From an uncultured Gammaproteobacteria bacterium (GTDB lineage Bacteria > Patescibacteriota > Microgenomatia > JAMCZE01): a DNA stretch of 64,000 nucleotides. Shown here in pieces: positions 38,015 to 47,513 of this stretch. Position numbers and translations under genes: made by a program. Every line of letters starts with the position of its first letter. Within the stretch, counting starts at the first letter, position 1. Location of the stretch: NCBI GenBank assembly GCA_964576435.1, contig CAZNUP010000001.1, positions 162,345 through 226,344 on the forward strand, written 5' to 3'. The notes below the pieces were generated by a model that worked only from the letters and a program-made list of their open reading frames with translations, was not told where the DNA came from and made no database searches.

Positions 38015-39094
38015 ATGATAGATCAAAAATATAAGATGACGAGCACCTCGCTTTATAGCTCCAAGATTGAGGATATCGACCTTGGCGAGAGTGGAAGCGG
38101 GTTAACACGACGAGTTTTGAGAGCACAAGTTGTGGAAAACTACAAGGAAAAGGAGAATTCAGTTGAATTTGCCATAATTCATCAAAGACGCGCAAGCAGA
38201 GAAAAACCATGGGAAGATTTAGGAGGGAAAACCCTAGCCAATTTAAAAGCAGGAGAAGCTTCAAAAATGCAGCTTGACACTCAACAAACCAAGAATCTCT
38301 TTGATCATCTCCTTAATCTCTATCGAATTGGGAAAGATGGCGTGCGGATGGGCGAAACAGTTCTGGTTATAGGTGATGAGGATGAGGTTATAAGAACAGA
38401 TAAGGGAAGGGCAAGAATAATCAAGAAATTATTGGATGGAAATCACAGTGAGGAAGTATGGCAGGCTTTAGTCGATGACTATCCAGAGTTGGCTACAAAA
38501 ATGTCATTGGCGAAAATTTACAACGAAAAGAAGAAAGTTGTTGAAGAGTTCGAGGCAAATATTTCAGCTGGAAAAGACGAAAACTACTGGCAGGGTCTTT
38601 TAGAAGCAAACGGTTGGGTTTTTGGAACAAACTATGAAAAGCGGATTGGTGAAAGGCGAGTCAACATTGGCTCTACAGTTGATCATCCACTTGTAACCGA
38701 AGATGGTTGTCTGGAAATAATTGAGATTAAGCGTCCCGATACGGTTTTTTGGAAAACAGACACAGCAGGAGAACTTTATAAGTATAGGGGGAAATATTTA
38801 GTGCCCTCAACCGAATTATCTGGGACAATTAGCCAGGCAACTGGTTATATTCTTGATCTGGAAAAACAAGTTGATGTTACTTCCTGGGCTGCCGATCATG
38901 AAGGTGTAGTTCCTCTCAAACCCCGTTGTGTTGTTATTTTAGGGCGTTCAAATAATTGGGCGCAAGAAGAAATGAATCAATTCAGATTACTAAACGATAG
39001 CCTCCATGGGGTAACTATTCAAACTTTTGATCATCTCCTCCTTCGGGCTAAAAAGGCTCTAGAAATGTTTAAACCTCAAAATACGAATGAATAA
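38015..39094 (+). CDS. Shedu (SduA/DUF4263) anti-phage nuclease
   Basis: ENYWQ, D...IIEIKRP, ISQATGY, VILGR, TFDHLL. Confidence 0.88.
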   Translation: MIDQKYKMTSTSLYSSKIEDIDLGESGSGLTRRVLRAQVVENYKEKENSVEFAIIHQRRASREKPWEDLGGKTLANLKAGEASKMQLDTQQTKNLFDHLLNLYRIGKDGVRMGETVLVIGDEDEVIRTDKGRARIIKKLLDGNHSEEVWQALVDDYPELATKMSLAKIYNEKKKVVEEFEANISAGKDENYWQGLLEANGWVFGTNYEKRIGERRVNIGSTVDHPLVTEDGCLEIIEIKRPDTVFWKTDTAGELYKYRGKYLVPSTELSGTISQATGYILDLEKQVDVTSWAADHEGVVPLKPRCVVILGRSNNWAQEEMNQFRLLNDSLHGVTIQTFDHLLLRAKKALEMFKPQNTNE

Positions 39095-39189
39095 TCTTTG
39101 CCGACTTTTAGACAAAATTTTCTCCCCGAAAGCTGCCTTCTGTGATGCAAAGCCACTTTGAGATGTAGAACCTGGAACCAGGGGTCAGC

Positions 39190-39208
39190 AACTCTCTAAT
39201 TAGAGAGG
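39190..39208. repeat. 19-bp direct repeat containing perfect palindrome CTCTCTAATTAGAGAG, copy 1
   Basis: Identical copy at 40358-40376. Confidence 0.85.
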
Positions 39209-39383
39209 AAAGTTTTCAAGACGAAGCGCTTAAACGACCACTACCTATGGTTTTTGTATTGTTTTTGTGTGTTCTTTGTTTGTTCTGAAGGTGAATACTT
39301 TTATTGTCCTTACAAGACAATTCTAAATTTAGACAAAAGCATGAATCCAACCCAAAAGTGATATAATATGATCTAATTAAATT

Positions 39384-39761
39384 ATGGCAGAGGATCTTGA
39401 AAAGACACAGCCAAAATTGATAGAGCTCATTAAACCAGACATGCACGAGGAGGAGCTCAAAGGTCTGGTAACTCAATTTATTTCTCCTGAGGAGGAAGAA
39501 ATTTTGGGTGGTAAAGAGGAAGCAATTCAAAGAATAACTGACGCAACAGCATATGTAGGCGTGTTTGCGCCAGTGCCAGCTACTTTTGATCTTGCCGCCT
39601 TCAGTGCAGTTAACGCTAGAGGTCTGACTGAAGAACAGACAAATAAGGTGTTAGAGATATGCAAGCGAATGGGTGTGATAGAGGATGTGGAAGGAAGACC
39701 TGGAAGAATGGCAGTTTCCAGAGAAATGGTCGAGATAGCAAAAAACCAGTTTTTAACTTAA
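39384..39761 (+). CDS. Hypothetical protein
   Basis: 125-aa acidic ORF. Confidence 0.7.
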   Translation: MAEDLEKTQPKLIELIKPDMHEEELKGLVTQFISPEEEEILGGKEEAIQRITDATAYVGVFAPVPATFDLAAFSAVNARGLTEEQTNKVLEICKRMGVIEDVEGRPGRMAVSREMVEIAKNQFLT

Positions 39762-39774
39762 AAATTAGCTGACT

Positions 39775-40371
39775 ATGGCGAACAGATCTGAAGTAATTGC
39801 AATCTTTATTTGCCCCGACAAAGGGGAGCCAATGCAGGAATTTGACAGTGTTAGGGCAATCGCAGGCAGGGGGCTTGAAGGGGACAGATATGCCGAGGGC
39901 AAAGGCGCCTACTCCAAATCAAAGCGGGTTACTACTCGACACGCTTCGTTAATAGCCATTGAAGCGATAGACGCAGCGAATTATGAGAACGGAACTGACT
40001 TTTTGCCTTCAGACACCAGGAGAAACATTGTTACCTCTGGAATTGATCTTAATAGCCTAGTTGGTCAAGAGTTCACTGTTGGCGAAGTGAGTATGAAAGG
40101 GGTTGAGCTCTGTGATCCTTGCGCCCGCCCTTCCGCACTTTCTGGAAAGAAAGGGTTCGAGCCCGCATTTCAAAATCGTGGCGGCCTAAGAGCCGAAGTT
40201 CTCACTGATGGTCTAATCAGGAAAGGAGACACATTCAGTGTTCAAATTGGCCCCCGCCATGTTCCCCAGCAACAAAAAGACGGAACTAATCTGATGGTTC
40301 CAGACCACACTGGTTCTGTGGCTGACCATGTAGCAGCAATTCGAGAACAAATGGCGAAACTCTCTAATTAG
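39775..40371 (+). CDS. MOSC-domain protein
   Basis: GLEGDRY, RRNIVTSG, CDPC, RGGLRAEV. Confidence 0.88.
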   Translation: MANRSEVIAIFICPDKGEPMQEFDSVRAIAGRGLEGDRYAEGKGAYSKSKRVTTRHASLIAIEAIDAANYENGTDFLPSDTRRNIVTSGIDLNSLVGQEFTVGEVSMKGVELCDPCARPSALSGKKGFEPAFQNRGGLRAEVLTDGLIRKGDTFSVQIGPRHVPQQQKDGTNLMVPDHTGSVADHVAAIREQMAKLSN

Positions 40372-40376
40372 AGAGG
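40358..40376. repeat. 19-bp palindromic repeat, copy 2 (contains the MOSC stop codon)
   Basis: AACTCTCTAATTAGAGAGG. Confidence 0.85.
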
Positions 40377-40442
40377 GAATTTAGCCCCTGTGTGCCGAAC
40401 TGTTGTGATGATTTTTGGTTTTTGTTATGATAACTATCAGAT

Positions 40443-40904
40443 ATGTCTGAATCGGCCGAAACTCCTAGTATTGTTGAGATCGGAAAGGGTCAATTTGATC
40501 GGCTAGCTTCAGTTTTGGGACAGCGAGAAGGAAGCAAATACAATTTAGTCGGCTGGGGTGGTTCTACAGCTGATTTGAGGACTTCGGTAGAAGGTAAAGC
40601 ACTTTATCCATCTTCAGCTTTTGCCGTTGTTGCGGAGGGGATTTCTAGGTACAAACGTGGAGAAGAGAGAATGTATGACGACACGGATTCCATGCGTGAG
40701 CTCTCACAAGCTTTGGCAGATGGGTCAGAAGTTTACGGGCAGGCAAAAGAATTAGATGAAACCACACTGAAATCTCAAATAAAGGAATATCTCCAATCTC
40801 ATGGCGGCGTTTATGATGAAAATATTAACTGGCAAGATTTTATTGCAGAGAGAGCAACAAGAATAAAAAATCGGGCCGATCAGATAGATGAAGTTAACAG
40901 ATAA
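40443..40904 (+). CDS. Hypothetical protein
   Basis: 153-aa ORF. Confidence 0.7.
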   Translation: MSESAETPSIVEIGKGQFDRLASVLGQREGSKYNLVGWGGSTADLRTSVEGKALYPSSAFAVVAEGISRYKRGEERMYDDTDSMRELSQALADGSEVYGQAKELDETTLKSQIKEYLQSHGGVYDENINWQDFIAERATRIKNRADQIDEVNR

Positions 40905-41046
40905 TACTTCCTTAATTTAAGTTTCCCTTAAACAAGAGACTTTCTATGTTCCCACCCAAAGCCTCCCAACGTCGTACCAGTTGTCCCAATTTCTAGTGCC
41001 ACGGCCTTCTACAGACGACTAAGTGCGGAGTGTATAGCTAGGTTAG

Positions 41047-41075
41047 GGGGGATGGGCTTTTAAGGCCCATCCCCC
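41047..41075. terminator. GC-rich hairpin just downstream of the orphan recombinase tail
   Basis: GGGGGATGGGC/GCCCATCCCCC 11-bp stem; no strong U tract. Confidence 0.55.
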
Positions 41076-41077
41076 AC

Positions 41078-41242
41078 TCATTCCTGAATAGCTACGTTTA
41101 CTATGGAAGGATGTGATAAAGAAGCGGGGGAAAGAGTTAGATTTTGGCTTGTTGTTAAGCCCTGTTTAATATCTGTTAAAATTGAGCTCCATTTCCAGAT
41201 ATAGGATTCGATCTGGTTCCAACTTTTTTCCCACGTGTCCAC
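41078..41242 (-). other. Orphan reading frame, predicted C-terminal tail of the recombinase in the excised state
   Basis: VDTWEKSWNQIESYIWKWSSILTDIKQGLTTSQNLTLSPASLSHPSIVNVAIQE-stop; no in-frame ATG; in frame with the LSR across the shared TGTGGA. Confidence 0.65.
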
Positions 41243-41322
41243 AGATAAAGACCAATTAATAAACGTATTCCATACAAATGCGGTTTATTGTAGGCGTAAG
41301 GGTGAGCTGATTACTTGAAAGC

Positions 41323-41676
41323 TTAGTTGTTTCTAGAGTTTTTACCAGGCGAGTTTGAAGGTGGGGTAAATTTTATTTCACGACCTGGAGGGATTTTTAC
41401 AATTCCCAATTTTAGTATTGCGCTTACAACTTCTGGATTGGGTCGAATGTCGTCTTTATTTAAGGTGACTTCTTTATCTTCTCCTGCGTCTAGTATGATA
41501 TTTCCATTAGGGCCAATAGCCTTAACTTTATAGAAGATTCCATTTCGACCCGTGACGGTATCACCAAGCTCATATCCTTCAGTGGGTTGTTCAATTTTAT
41601 CAAATTCACCAGTCCCTAAGAAACCATTCCAACGGATCTCCCAATCGTTCTGTTCCCCTTTTTTCTCTTCTGCCAT
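41323..41676 (-). CDS. Hypothetical protein
   Basis: ORF; TATAAT 6 nt before the ATG. Confidence 0.7.
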   Translation of the reverse strand: MAEEKKGEQNDWEIRWNGFLGTGEFDKIEQPTEGYELGDTVTGRNGIFYKVKAIGPNGNIILDAGEDKEVTLNKDDIRPNPEVVSAILKLGIVKIPPGREIKFTPPSNSPGKNSRNN

Positions 41677-41822
41677 GCAAAAATTATAATATAACGTAAT
41701 CTCTTTTCAACGACGAATAAATTTAAGTATATTTTCGTTTGACAGATTTATAAAAATATCAAACCATTGGAAAATATATTGTTCTAATCGGTTCCATTGA
41801 ATCTCCTGGAGGTCCACCAAGG

Positions 41823-43736
41823 TTATTTCATATTAATCCCATAAACCTTAGATCCAGAAACTAAGAATATTTTCTTTTCCTCTTCATCCGCAAGGATGAT
41901 CGCTTTCTCCGCATTCTTTATTGTTGGTAACTGATATTGTGCTTGATAAAGTCCTTCCTTATTTACAACCACCACTCTATTATTCATGGCATCCCAAATA
42001 TAAATGTTCTTTTCCTCATCTGAAGAGTACATACTATTAAATGATCCAATTGGAGAAGGAAGGCTTTTAAGTTCCAATTGCTCCGGAGCTCCCGAAGCAA
42101 ATTTCCAAACCGCATTTGGTTCAAACACATAGATAAACCCATCAATTTCCATCCCATTAGCTTCCAATAAATCTAAATTCGTCCCAGGTTGAATGTATGG
42201 AACTGGCTCTCCAAATCCGCCTTCCTCAGTTCCTTGATATTTCCATACCTGACTATTTCCAGGATCGAGAAGGTATAAATTCCCCCCAAAACTAGACATC
42301 GCGGTTATTTCTCCAGAAGAACTGGCATCTTTTGCAATGGTTTTAAAACCTCCACTCGTTGTCAAATCTTTTTTCTTGATTCCAGAAGAGTCGTGAACGT
42401 ATAAATTGTCACTATAAAAATCTACCAAGGAGTTAGATTTAAAGTTTCCACCAGCAACAATAGTTCCAGATTTGTTACTGGTTCCAAGAGAGTAAACACT
42501 GCCATTCTTGCCATCCAGTGCCATGATTGTTCCATCATGCAATTTTGCAGATGTAATGTTTGGGTTGGGTTTTAAAAGTGAGAAGTCATAAAAAGTAGTT
42601 AGGGGAACGCTATTTATATTTCCAGCCCTAGCAATTTCCTGGTCATATTTAGCTACAATTGCCCGAAGTTGATCACCTTCTTTAGATTTAAGATTTTTCC
42701 AATCACTTCCAAAATCTCTTTCGATTTCAGAAACAATCTCCTTTTTCTTATCAACAAGTGATTGTCTGGCAAGTTGATCATTGAGTCCAATTAGTTTTCC
42801 TGAGGCTTCTAAGCTTTCGTTAGCTTCTGCTTGGATTCTTGCCACGTTTTGTGTTTGCACCTCTAAAGATCTTGACCTTAGTTGAAAGGCAATTACAGAC
42901 AAAAGCGTTACGAACGCAATTAGAACTAGGTATAAGGTTTTCTTTGGAGGCGCGCTTTCAAATCCTTTCTCCCGAGCCTGTTTGAGATACATTATATTTT
43001 CTTTTGTCGGTACAAGCTTTGTGAGTCCACTAAATATTCCAGATACCTTAGAAATTTTTCCCCAGTTTGGCGGCGTAGTTGGGAGCGGTTCTTCAACTGA
43101 AGTTGCCTCTTCTTCGATTTTTGTTCCACTTTCCTCCGACTTTTGAGGCATATCATTTTGTTCAATTGATGCTTTAGGGACTTCAGTTTCAACCACTTGG
43201 TCAAATTTCAAAACTAATCCACAGATGTCGGGACTCTCATGTTCTCCTTCAAGGTTGGGAAGTAGTGCATCTCTTATTTCGGTCGGATTTTTGTTACTTT
43301 GATTGGTAAGTTCTGAAAAATTAATCTTTGACATTAGTTTCTCTGTGCCAAGAACTATGACATCATCTTGAGAAAGTGTTCCTGACAAAGTTGGAGCTGT
43401 TAAATTAATAATCTTTCCTTTTCTGATAAGCTTGGTACCACAGCTTCCAAGTGTAGCTAGAGATAAGTTGTTTTCGACAATATTAGCAACCACTAATGAC
43501 AAACTTATGTCACTTCCCAGCTGTTCTCTGATAGAAATTGCTAATTCTTTAGGTGAAACTTGTGGATTTTGGGAAATCGCTTCCTCAATCTTTGTAACAC
43601 TATCTCTTCCAATTTCTAGGTTAACCCTTTCCTTGTCTCCCAATAAAAGAAGCACAATAAAAAAGTTACCAGAGACAATTGTTTGCGCATAAACTCCTTC
43701 GCCAGAACTTCCAGCGATTGCGGCGTGTGACAACAT
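41823..43736 (-). CDS. Single-pass protein: degenerate PP2C-like N-terminus, beta-propeller-like C-terminus
   Basis: SGTLSQDDVIVLGT; NLYLLDP, IDGFIYV, IYIWD repeats. Confidence 0.7.
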   Translation of the reverse strand: MLSHAAIAGSSGEGVYAQTIVSGNFFIVLLLLGDKERVNLEIGRDSVTKIEEAISQNPQVSPKELAISIREQLGSDISLSLVVANIVENNLSLATLGSCGTKLIRKGKIINLTAPTLSGTLSQDDVIVLGTEKLMSKINFSELTNQSNKNPTEIRDALLPNLEGEHESPDICGLVLKFDQVVETEVPKASIEQNDMPQKSEESGTKIEEEATSVEEPLPTTPPNWGKISKVSGIFSGLTKLVPTKENIMYLKQAREKGFESAPPKKTLYLVLIAFVTLLSVIAFQLRSRSLEVQTQNVARIQAEANESLEASGKLIGLNDQLARQSLVDKKKEIVSEIERDFGSDWKNLKSKEGDQLRAIVAKYDQEIARAGNINSVPLTTFYDFSLLKPNPNITSAKLHDGTIMALDGKNGSVYSLGTSNKSGTIVAGGNFKSNSLVDFYSDNLYVHDSSGIKKKDLTTSGGFKTIAKDASSSGEITAMSSFGGNLYLLDPGNSQVWKYQGTEEGGFGEPVPYIQPGTNLDLLEANGMEIDGFIYVFEPNAVWKFASGAPEQLELKSLPSPIGSFNSMYSSDEEKNIYIWDAMNNRVVVVNKEGLYQAQYQLPTIKNAEKAIILADEEEKKIFLVSGSKVYGINMK

Positions 43737-43791
43737 GGATTAAGTGTATCACTGACTGGCAACCAAGAGCCAGAATTGATACCATGAATCC

Positions 43792-46209
43792 ATGGATTCT
43801 CCACAGTCTGAGCTTACAATACAAGAACTTTTGCAAGTCACCACCAAGTTTCAAAATCTGGCAGATGATACAACCTCTTTTGAATCAGAAAACGGGCGTG
43901 GCAAGATAAGTAGACAAGAAGCTAAAAAGCAGATCATCAAAAAACTCACCCTTCTTGATAAAGAACATACATTTAATCTTCCCCATGGTGCAATCGAGTT
44001 CTTGGAAAAAAGTGACGTCAAATCAGTCGAAACTTGGAAGGTCGCTACCAGTCTCTTGCGCGGACAGCCGGCCCCACTTTTGGACAATAGTGTCCCCGGT
44101 AATCTAGGTGATCTCAAGGAACAAAGACTTAAAGTCCAACTTGGGGCGGAGGCCTCGCGAATAAACGGTCAACTACCTGACGACGTAATTAAAAGATATG
44201 TTCAGGCTCTAAAAGATAGTTACAAATTATCCGATAAACAAGTGGCTGAAGTTGAACAGGAGATAAAGAATTTACGAACCGAGCAGGCAAAAGAATCTCC
44301 ACAAGAAATAGTTGTATCTAATACCAAAGCTGGGAATCGCGATATCCCCGTTTCCGCCCCCTCCTCAAAAGTGGAAGAGATTTCTCTCCAGTCTGACCGA
44401 AAGGATGACTCGCCTTCTAAGGACGACAAGCAAACTAGTCCAAATTCCAAACTTAGTAAACAAACTAAAGAAGCAATCGAGCGAGCCGGCGAAAGAGCTG
44501 AGATGCGAGGATATAATCCAAAGACTGAAACCGGCGCCTATTTAGCTAATCAAGTCTCCTTTGGATTTAGTTATTTAAATGAAATCTGGAATACAAACCC
44601 TGAGGCCATTAGCCAAGCCATTGGAGATAGTGTTTCTTATGGTGAAACTTACGCTGAATCAAAATCTATTTCCAAAAAGATACCTTCTAAAGCAGAACAA
44701 ACTGTTAATCAAGTAGCCCAGGCAGCAGCCGCGGCTTCTGCACTTGTTCGCTCCGAACAAGTTCAAGATGTGGCAGCTCAAACTATTAGTGCTGGCCAAA
44801 TAGGGGCCCGTCGTTTGAAAGATAAAGTTGGTCCCGTAATAATTGGAACGGGAATAGGTGCAGTAGCAGGACTTTTGACTGGTAATCCATTGGCAGTAGC
44901 TGGGGGTGCAGCAGCAGGTGGTTTCATGGGCTACTCTTTAGGTGACGGCAGGACAAGAAGTGTACCACCTTCTCAGGGTGGAGGCAGTCCTTCACCTCAA
45001 TCTAGTAGAAGGCGAGGGGGGATTTTACCAGCCGCAGCCAACCTTGCTAATGCCCAAGCTCTCAAGGGGATAGTAGCATCGCTTGGGGGTGCTGGCTTAG
45101 CTTCCATCGCAGGTTGGATTTTGGTTGGAATAGGAATAGCTATTTTGATTGCTATCCTTGCGATTTTCTTCCTAAACTATTCTTTCCAACCGAGCTCCGA
45201 AGTTCTTGATCTACAAGGTGGTCCACCAATAGTTACGGTTTCCAAAACTGCGGATATTGATGAAATGGGGAATTTTGAGGAAGCTACTGTTCCTCAAAAA
45301 ATAGCCAACTATTCAATCCAAATTTCTGCTCATGAAGGGGATGTAAAAATTTCAGCTAAAGACGATGTTCGTTTTTTTGGAGAATCAGGAACCTTTGACA
45401 AAAGTCAGATGCAAGCAACTACTACCCCCATTACTTGGCCGACTTCAGTAACACCTACCGGTTCCACTGTAGCGTACGGAATTGTAATTCCAGTGAATGC
45501 AGCAAATAGACAAAACCTGAACGATGGGTATTTGGTAAATACTGTAACTATCACAGCCACAGATGAAAATGGTAAATCTGAATCTCGTTCTGCCCAAGCA
45601 ATTATTAAAGTGGGCAATCCACCAGAGGGACATCCATATGGGTTCCCCAAATCAGGAAGCATTAGTTCACTAGATAACGAGCCAATTCCTGCAATTACAG
45701 GCGAGGATGGAAAAGTTTTACCTGCACATGATCATTGTGGCGAAATCCCTTCTCTTGCGGGTTGTATTGGAGGGGGATTGGATATAACTGGTGAGGGTCA
45801 AGTAAAATCTACTGCTGAAGGTTATGTTATCTATAGTCAATTTGATTCACGTCTTGGTGGGGTTGTTTACATCTTGGCGGGAGATCACTCTGCAGCGTTC
45901 CTCCATCTTGCTGAAGAAGGTCTTGCACCTCTTGGAAAGATTAGCAGGGGAGACACTGTCGGTACTGTCTATCCAGGAAAGCTTCCTACCTCATCGGGGC
46001 CACACGTTCACTATCAAGTTTTTGACGGTGGACAAAATGTTTTCTTTAAAAATTCAGCCAGTGTAGGTGCTTGCGAAAATCCAAACGCGATCATTAGCCC
46101 AACAAACGCCCAACAACTAGCTACTAGAAGTATTCCAGCGGGTGCTGATGGCGATGGTACCGGCAATTTTTCTTGCAATATCAGCAACCCACCTGCTGTG
46201 GTAAATTAA
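43792..46209 (+). CDS. Large membrane protein with C-terminal M23 peptidase-like domain
   Basis: GLDI, FLHL, SSGPHVHY. Confidence 0.75.
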   Translation: MDSPQSELTIQELLQVTTKFQNLADDTTSFESENGRGKISRQEAKKQIIKKLTLLDKEHTFNLPHGAIEFLEKSDVKSVETWKVATSLLRGQPAPLLDNSVPGNLGDLKEQRLKVQLGAEASRINGQLPDDVIKRYVQALKDSYKLSDKQVAEVEQEIKNLRTEQAKESPQEIVVSNTKAGNRDIPVSAPSSKVEEISLQSDRKDDSPSKDDKQTSPNSKLSKQTKEAIERAGERAEMRGYNPKTETGAYLANQVSFGFSYLNEIWNTNPEAISQAIGDSVSYGETYAESKSISKKIPSKAEQTVNQVAQAAAAASALVRSEQVQDVAAQTISAGQIGARRLKDKVGPVIIGTGIGAVAGLLTGNPLAVAGGAAAGGFMGYSLGDGRTRSVPPSQGGGSPSPQSSRRRGGILPAAANLANAQALKGIVASLGGAGLASIAGWILVGIGIAILIAILAIFFLNYSFQPSSEVLDLQGGPPIVTVSKTADIDEMGNFEEATVPQKIANYSIQISAHEGDVKISAKDDVRFFGESGTFDKSQMQATTTPITWPTSVTPTGSTVAYGIVIPVNAANRQNLNDGYLVNTVTITATDENGKSESRSAQAIIKVGNPPEGHPYGFPKSGSISSLDNEPIPAITGEDGKVLPAHDHCGEIPSLAGCIGGGLDITGEGQVKSTAEGYVIYSQFDSRLGGVVYILAGDHSAAFLHLAEEGLAPLGKISRGDTVGTVYPGKLPTSSGPHVHYQVFDGGQNVFFKNSASVGACENPNAIISPTNAQQLATRSIPAGADGDGTGNFSCNISNPPAVVN

Positions 46210-46250
46210 TTTAATTAATTTTAACGTGTATAATAAATTAGAAAAATACC

Positions 46251-47486
46251 ATGGCCGAACCACAACCTAGAACACGATCAAAAGAGTCTCTTAATGAAGA
46301 ACAAACTGTCAAGCGACTGGAGTCGATTGATTACAATCCTTGGGCTAGAATTGCCTTAGCGACGAGGTCAATTTCAGGTTACGCCCCAGATGCGAATGCG
46401 TTAAACATGGTATTGGCCGATATCAGGAATAATTCCGACCCGCTTGGGAACCGTCTTTTATTGGTTAGGGAATATCATGAACCATTTCAAAGTGTTCCCA
46501 TTGGGAAATCAGAATTTGAAAAAGTGGCAAGACAAAAAAACTCTTTAATGACATTTGAACAAGCCAGCAGTGTTCGTGATAATTTATCTTTTAATCAAGT
46601 CTGGCAGCAAGCGTGTAAGATAGCGGAAGAAGAAAGGCACACGCCACCTACAGCAGATCCGGTAGAAAATTTCGATTTAGCAGTTTACACAGTTCTTGAT
46701 TACTTTGAACAAGCTGAAAGAGTTAGAAATCTTTCAGCTACCGAAGGAGAGCAGCTTGCTGACCTCCTTCGTAATCAAGCTTACTCTCCAAATATTGTTC
46801 GGCAGAATTATAAAAGCACAATTTCTGGCGATAGTTTAGATATAGCACCTCTTTTTATTCCAAAGGGTGTCTATGCTCGTGGCACAGAGAATAGTGTTCG
46901 TGGTTTCAATGAAAGAGCTTTTATTCGGGATAGAAAAGAAGACATGGGGAAGCTTATGCAGTTAAGAAAAGATCTGGAAACAAAACTAACAACAGGCGCT
47001 GAAGCGGAGCGTGCCAACAAAATTCTTAACTACATAGATTCCCCTGGTTTCCCAGCTAGGGTGGCAGAGTCAGGAGCTCTTTTGCAACAAGGCAGAATTG
47101 AACGAGCTGCTATTTTAAACCTAATTTTAGGGGCCGTATTTGTTGGTGTTGTTTCTGCAGCAACTGAGCACAATCCTGCTGCTGAATTGGGGGCTTTGGG
47201 GTTGTGGACTATACCCGCTGTGTATCTCTTTATGTTTAAATATGAAAAAGTTGGACAAATAATTGAAAAGCTTGGAATATCTTTAAATCGTGGTCCCATA
47301 AGCGTGAGTACTCGTGGCTCTGAATCCGAAACAATATTCCAGACCTCCCCAACTCCCCCTGCCGAGGTGCAACCTAGTCCAGAAGGATCGCGTTCTCCTA
47401 CAACCCCCGACTCCTCTCAAACTCCTCCTGTGGCGGATGTGTTTTCTCAAGGCAAATGGAAGCCATCGCAACGTAGGAGAAATTAA
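46251..47486 (+). CDS. Hypothetical membrane protein
   Basis: 411-aa ORF, two C-terminal hydrophobic segments. Confidence 0.7.
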   Translation: MAEPQPRTRSKESLNEEQTVKRLESIDYNPWARIALATRSISGYAPDANALNMVLADIRNNSDPLGNRLLLVREYHEPFQSVPIGKSEFEKVARQKNSLMTFEQASSVRDNLSFNQVWQQACKIAEEERHTPPTADPVENFDLAVYTVLDYFEQAERVRNLSATEGEQLADLLRNQAYSPNIVRQNYKSTISGDSLDIAPLFIPKGVYARGTENSVRGFNERAFIRDRKEDMGKLMQLRKDLETKLTTGAEAERANKILNYIDSPGFPARVAESGALLQQGRIERAAILNLILGAVFVGVVSAATEHNPAAELGALGLWTIPAVYLFMFKYEKVGQIIEKLGISLNRGPISVSTRGSESETIFQTSPTPPAEVQPSPEGSRSPTTPDSSQTPPVADVFSQGKWKPSQRRRN

Positions 47487-47513
47487 TTATCGATATATAA
47501 ATAATACTGCTTT

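Larger units (their letters stand above)
34786..41243. mobile_element. ~6.45-kb integrated element at the tmRNA 3' end
   Basis: LSR, XRE and Shedu genes; TCCACA direct repeat at 34786-34791 and 41238-41243 (11/14 extended match); joining the ends keeps the LSR frame open. Confidence 0.75.

Noticed and set aside
41189-41200. CCATTTCCAGAT as an alternative right boundary (10/12 match to the tmRNA end)
   Set aside because: Lacks an uninterrupted core and does not match the LSR codon phase; 41238-41243 fits better, though reads should decide.
41231-41239. CCACGTGTC shared with the 14-bp motif of the first element
   Set aside because: Only 9 bp and in a different element; may be chance.
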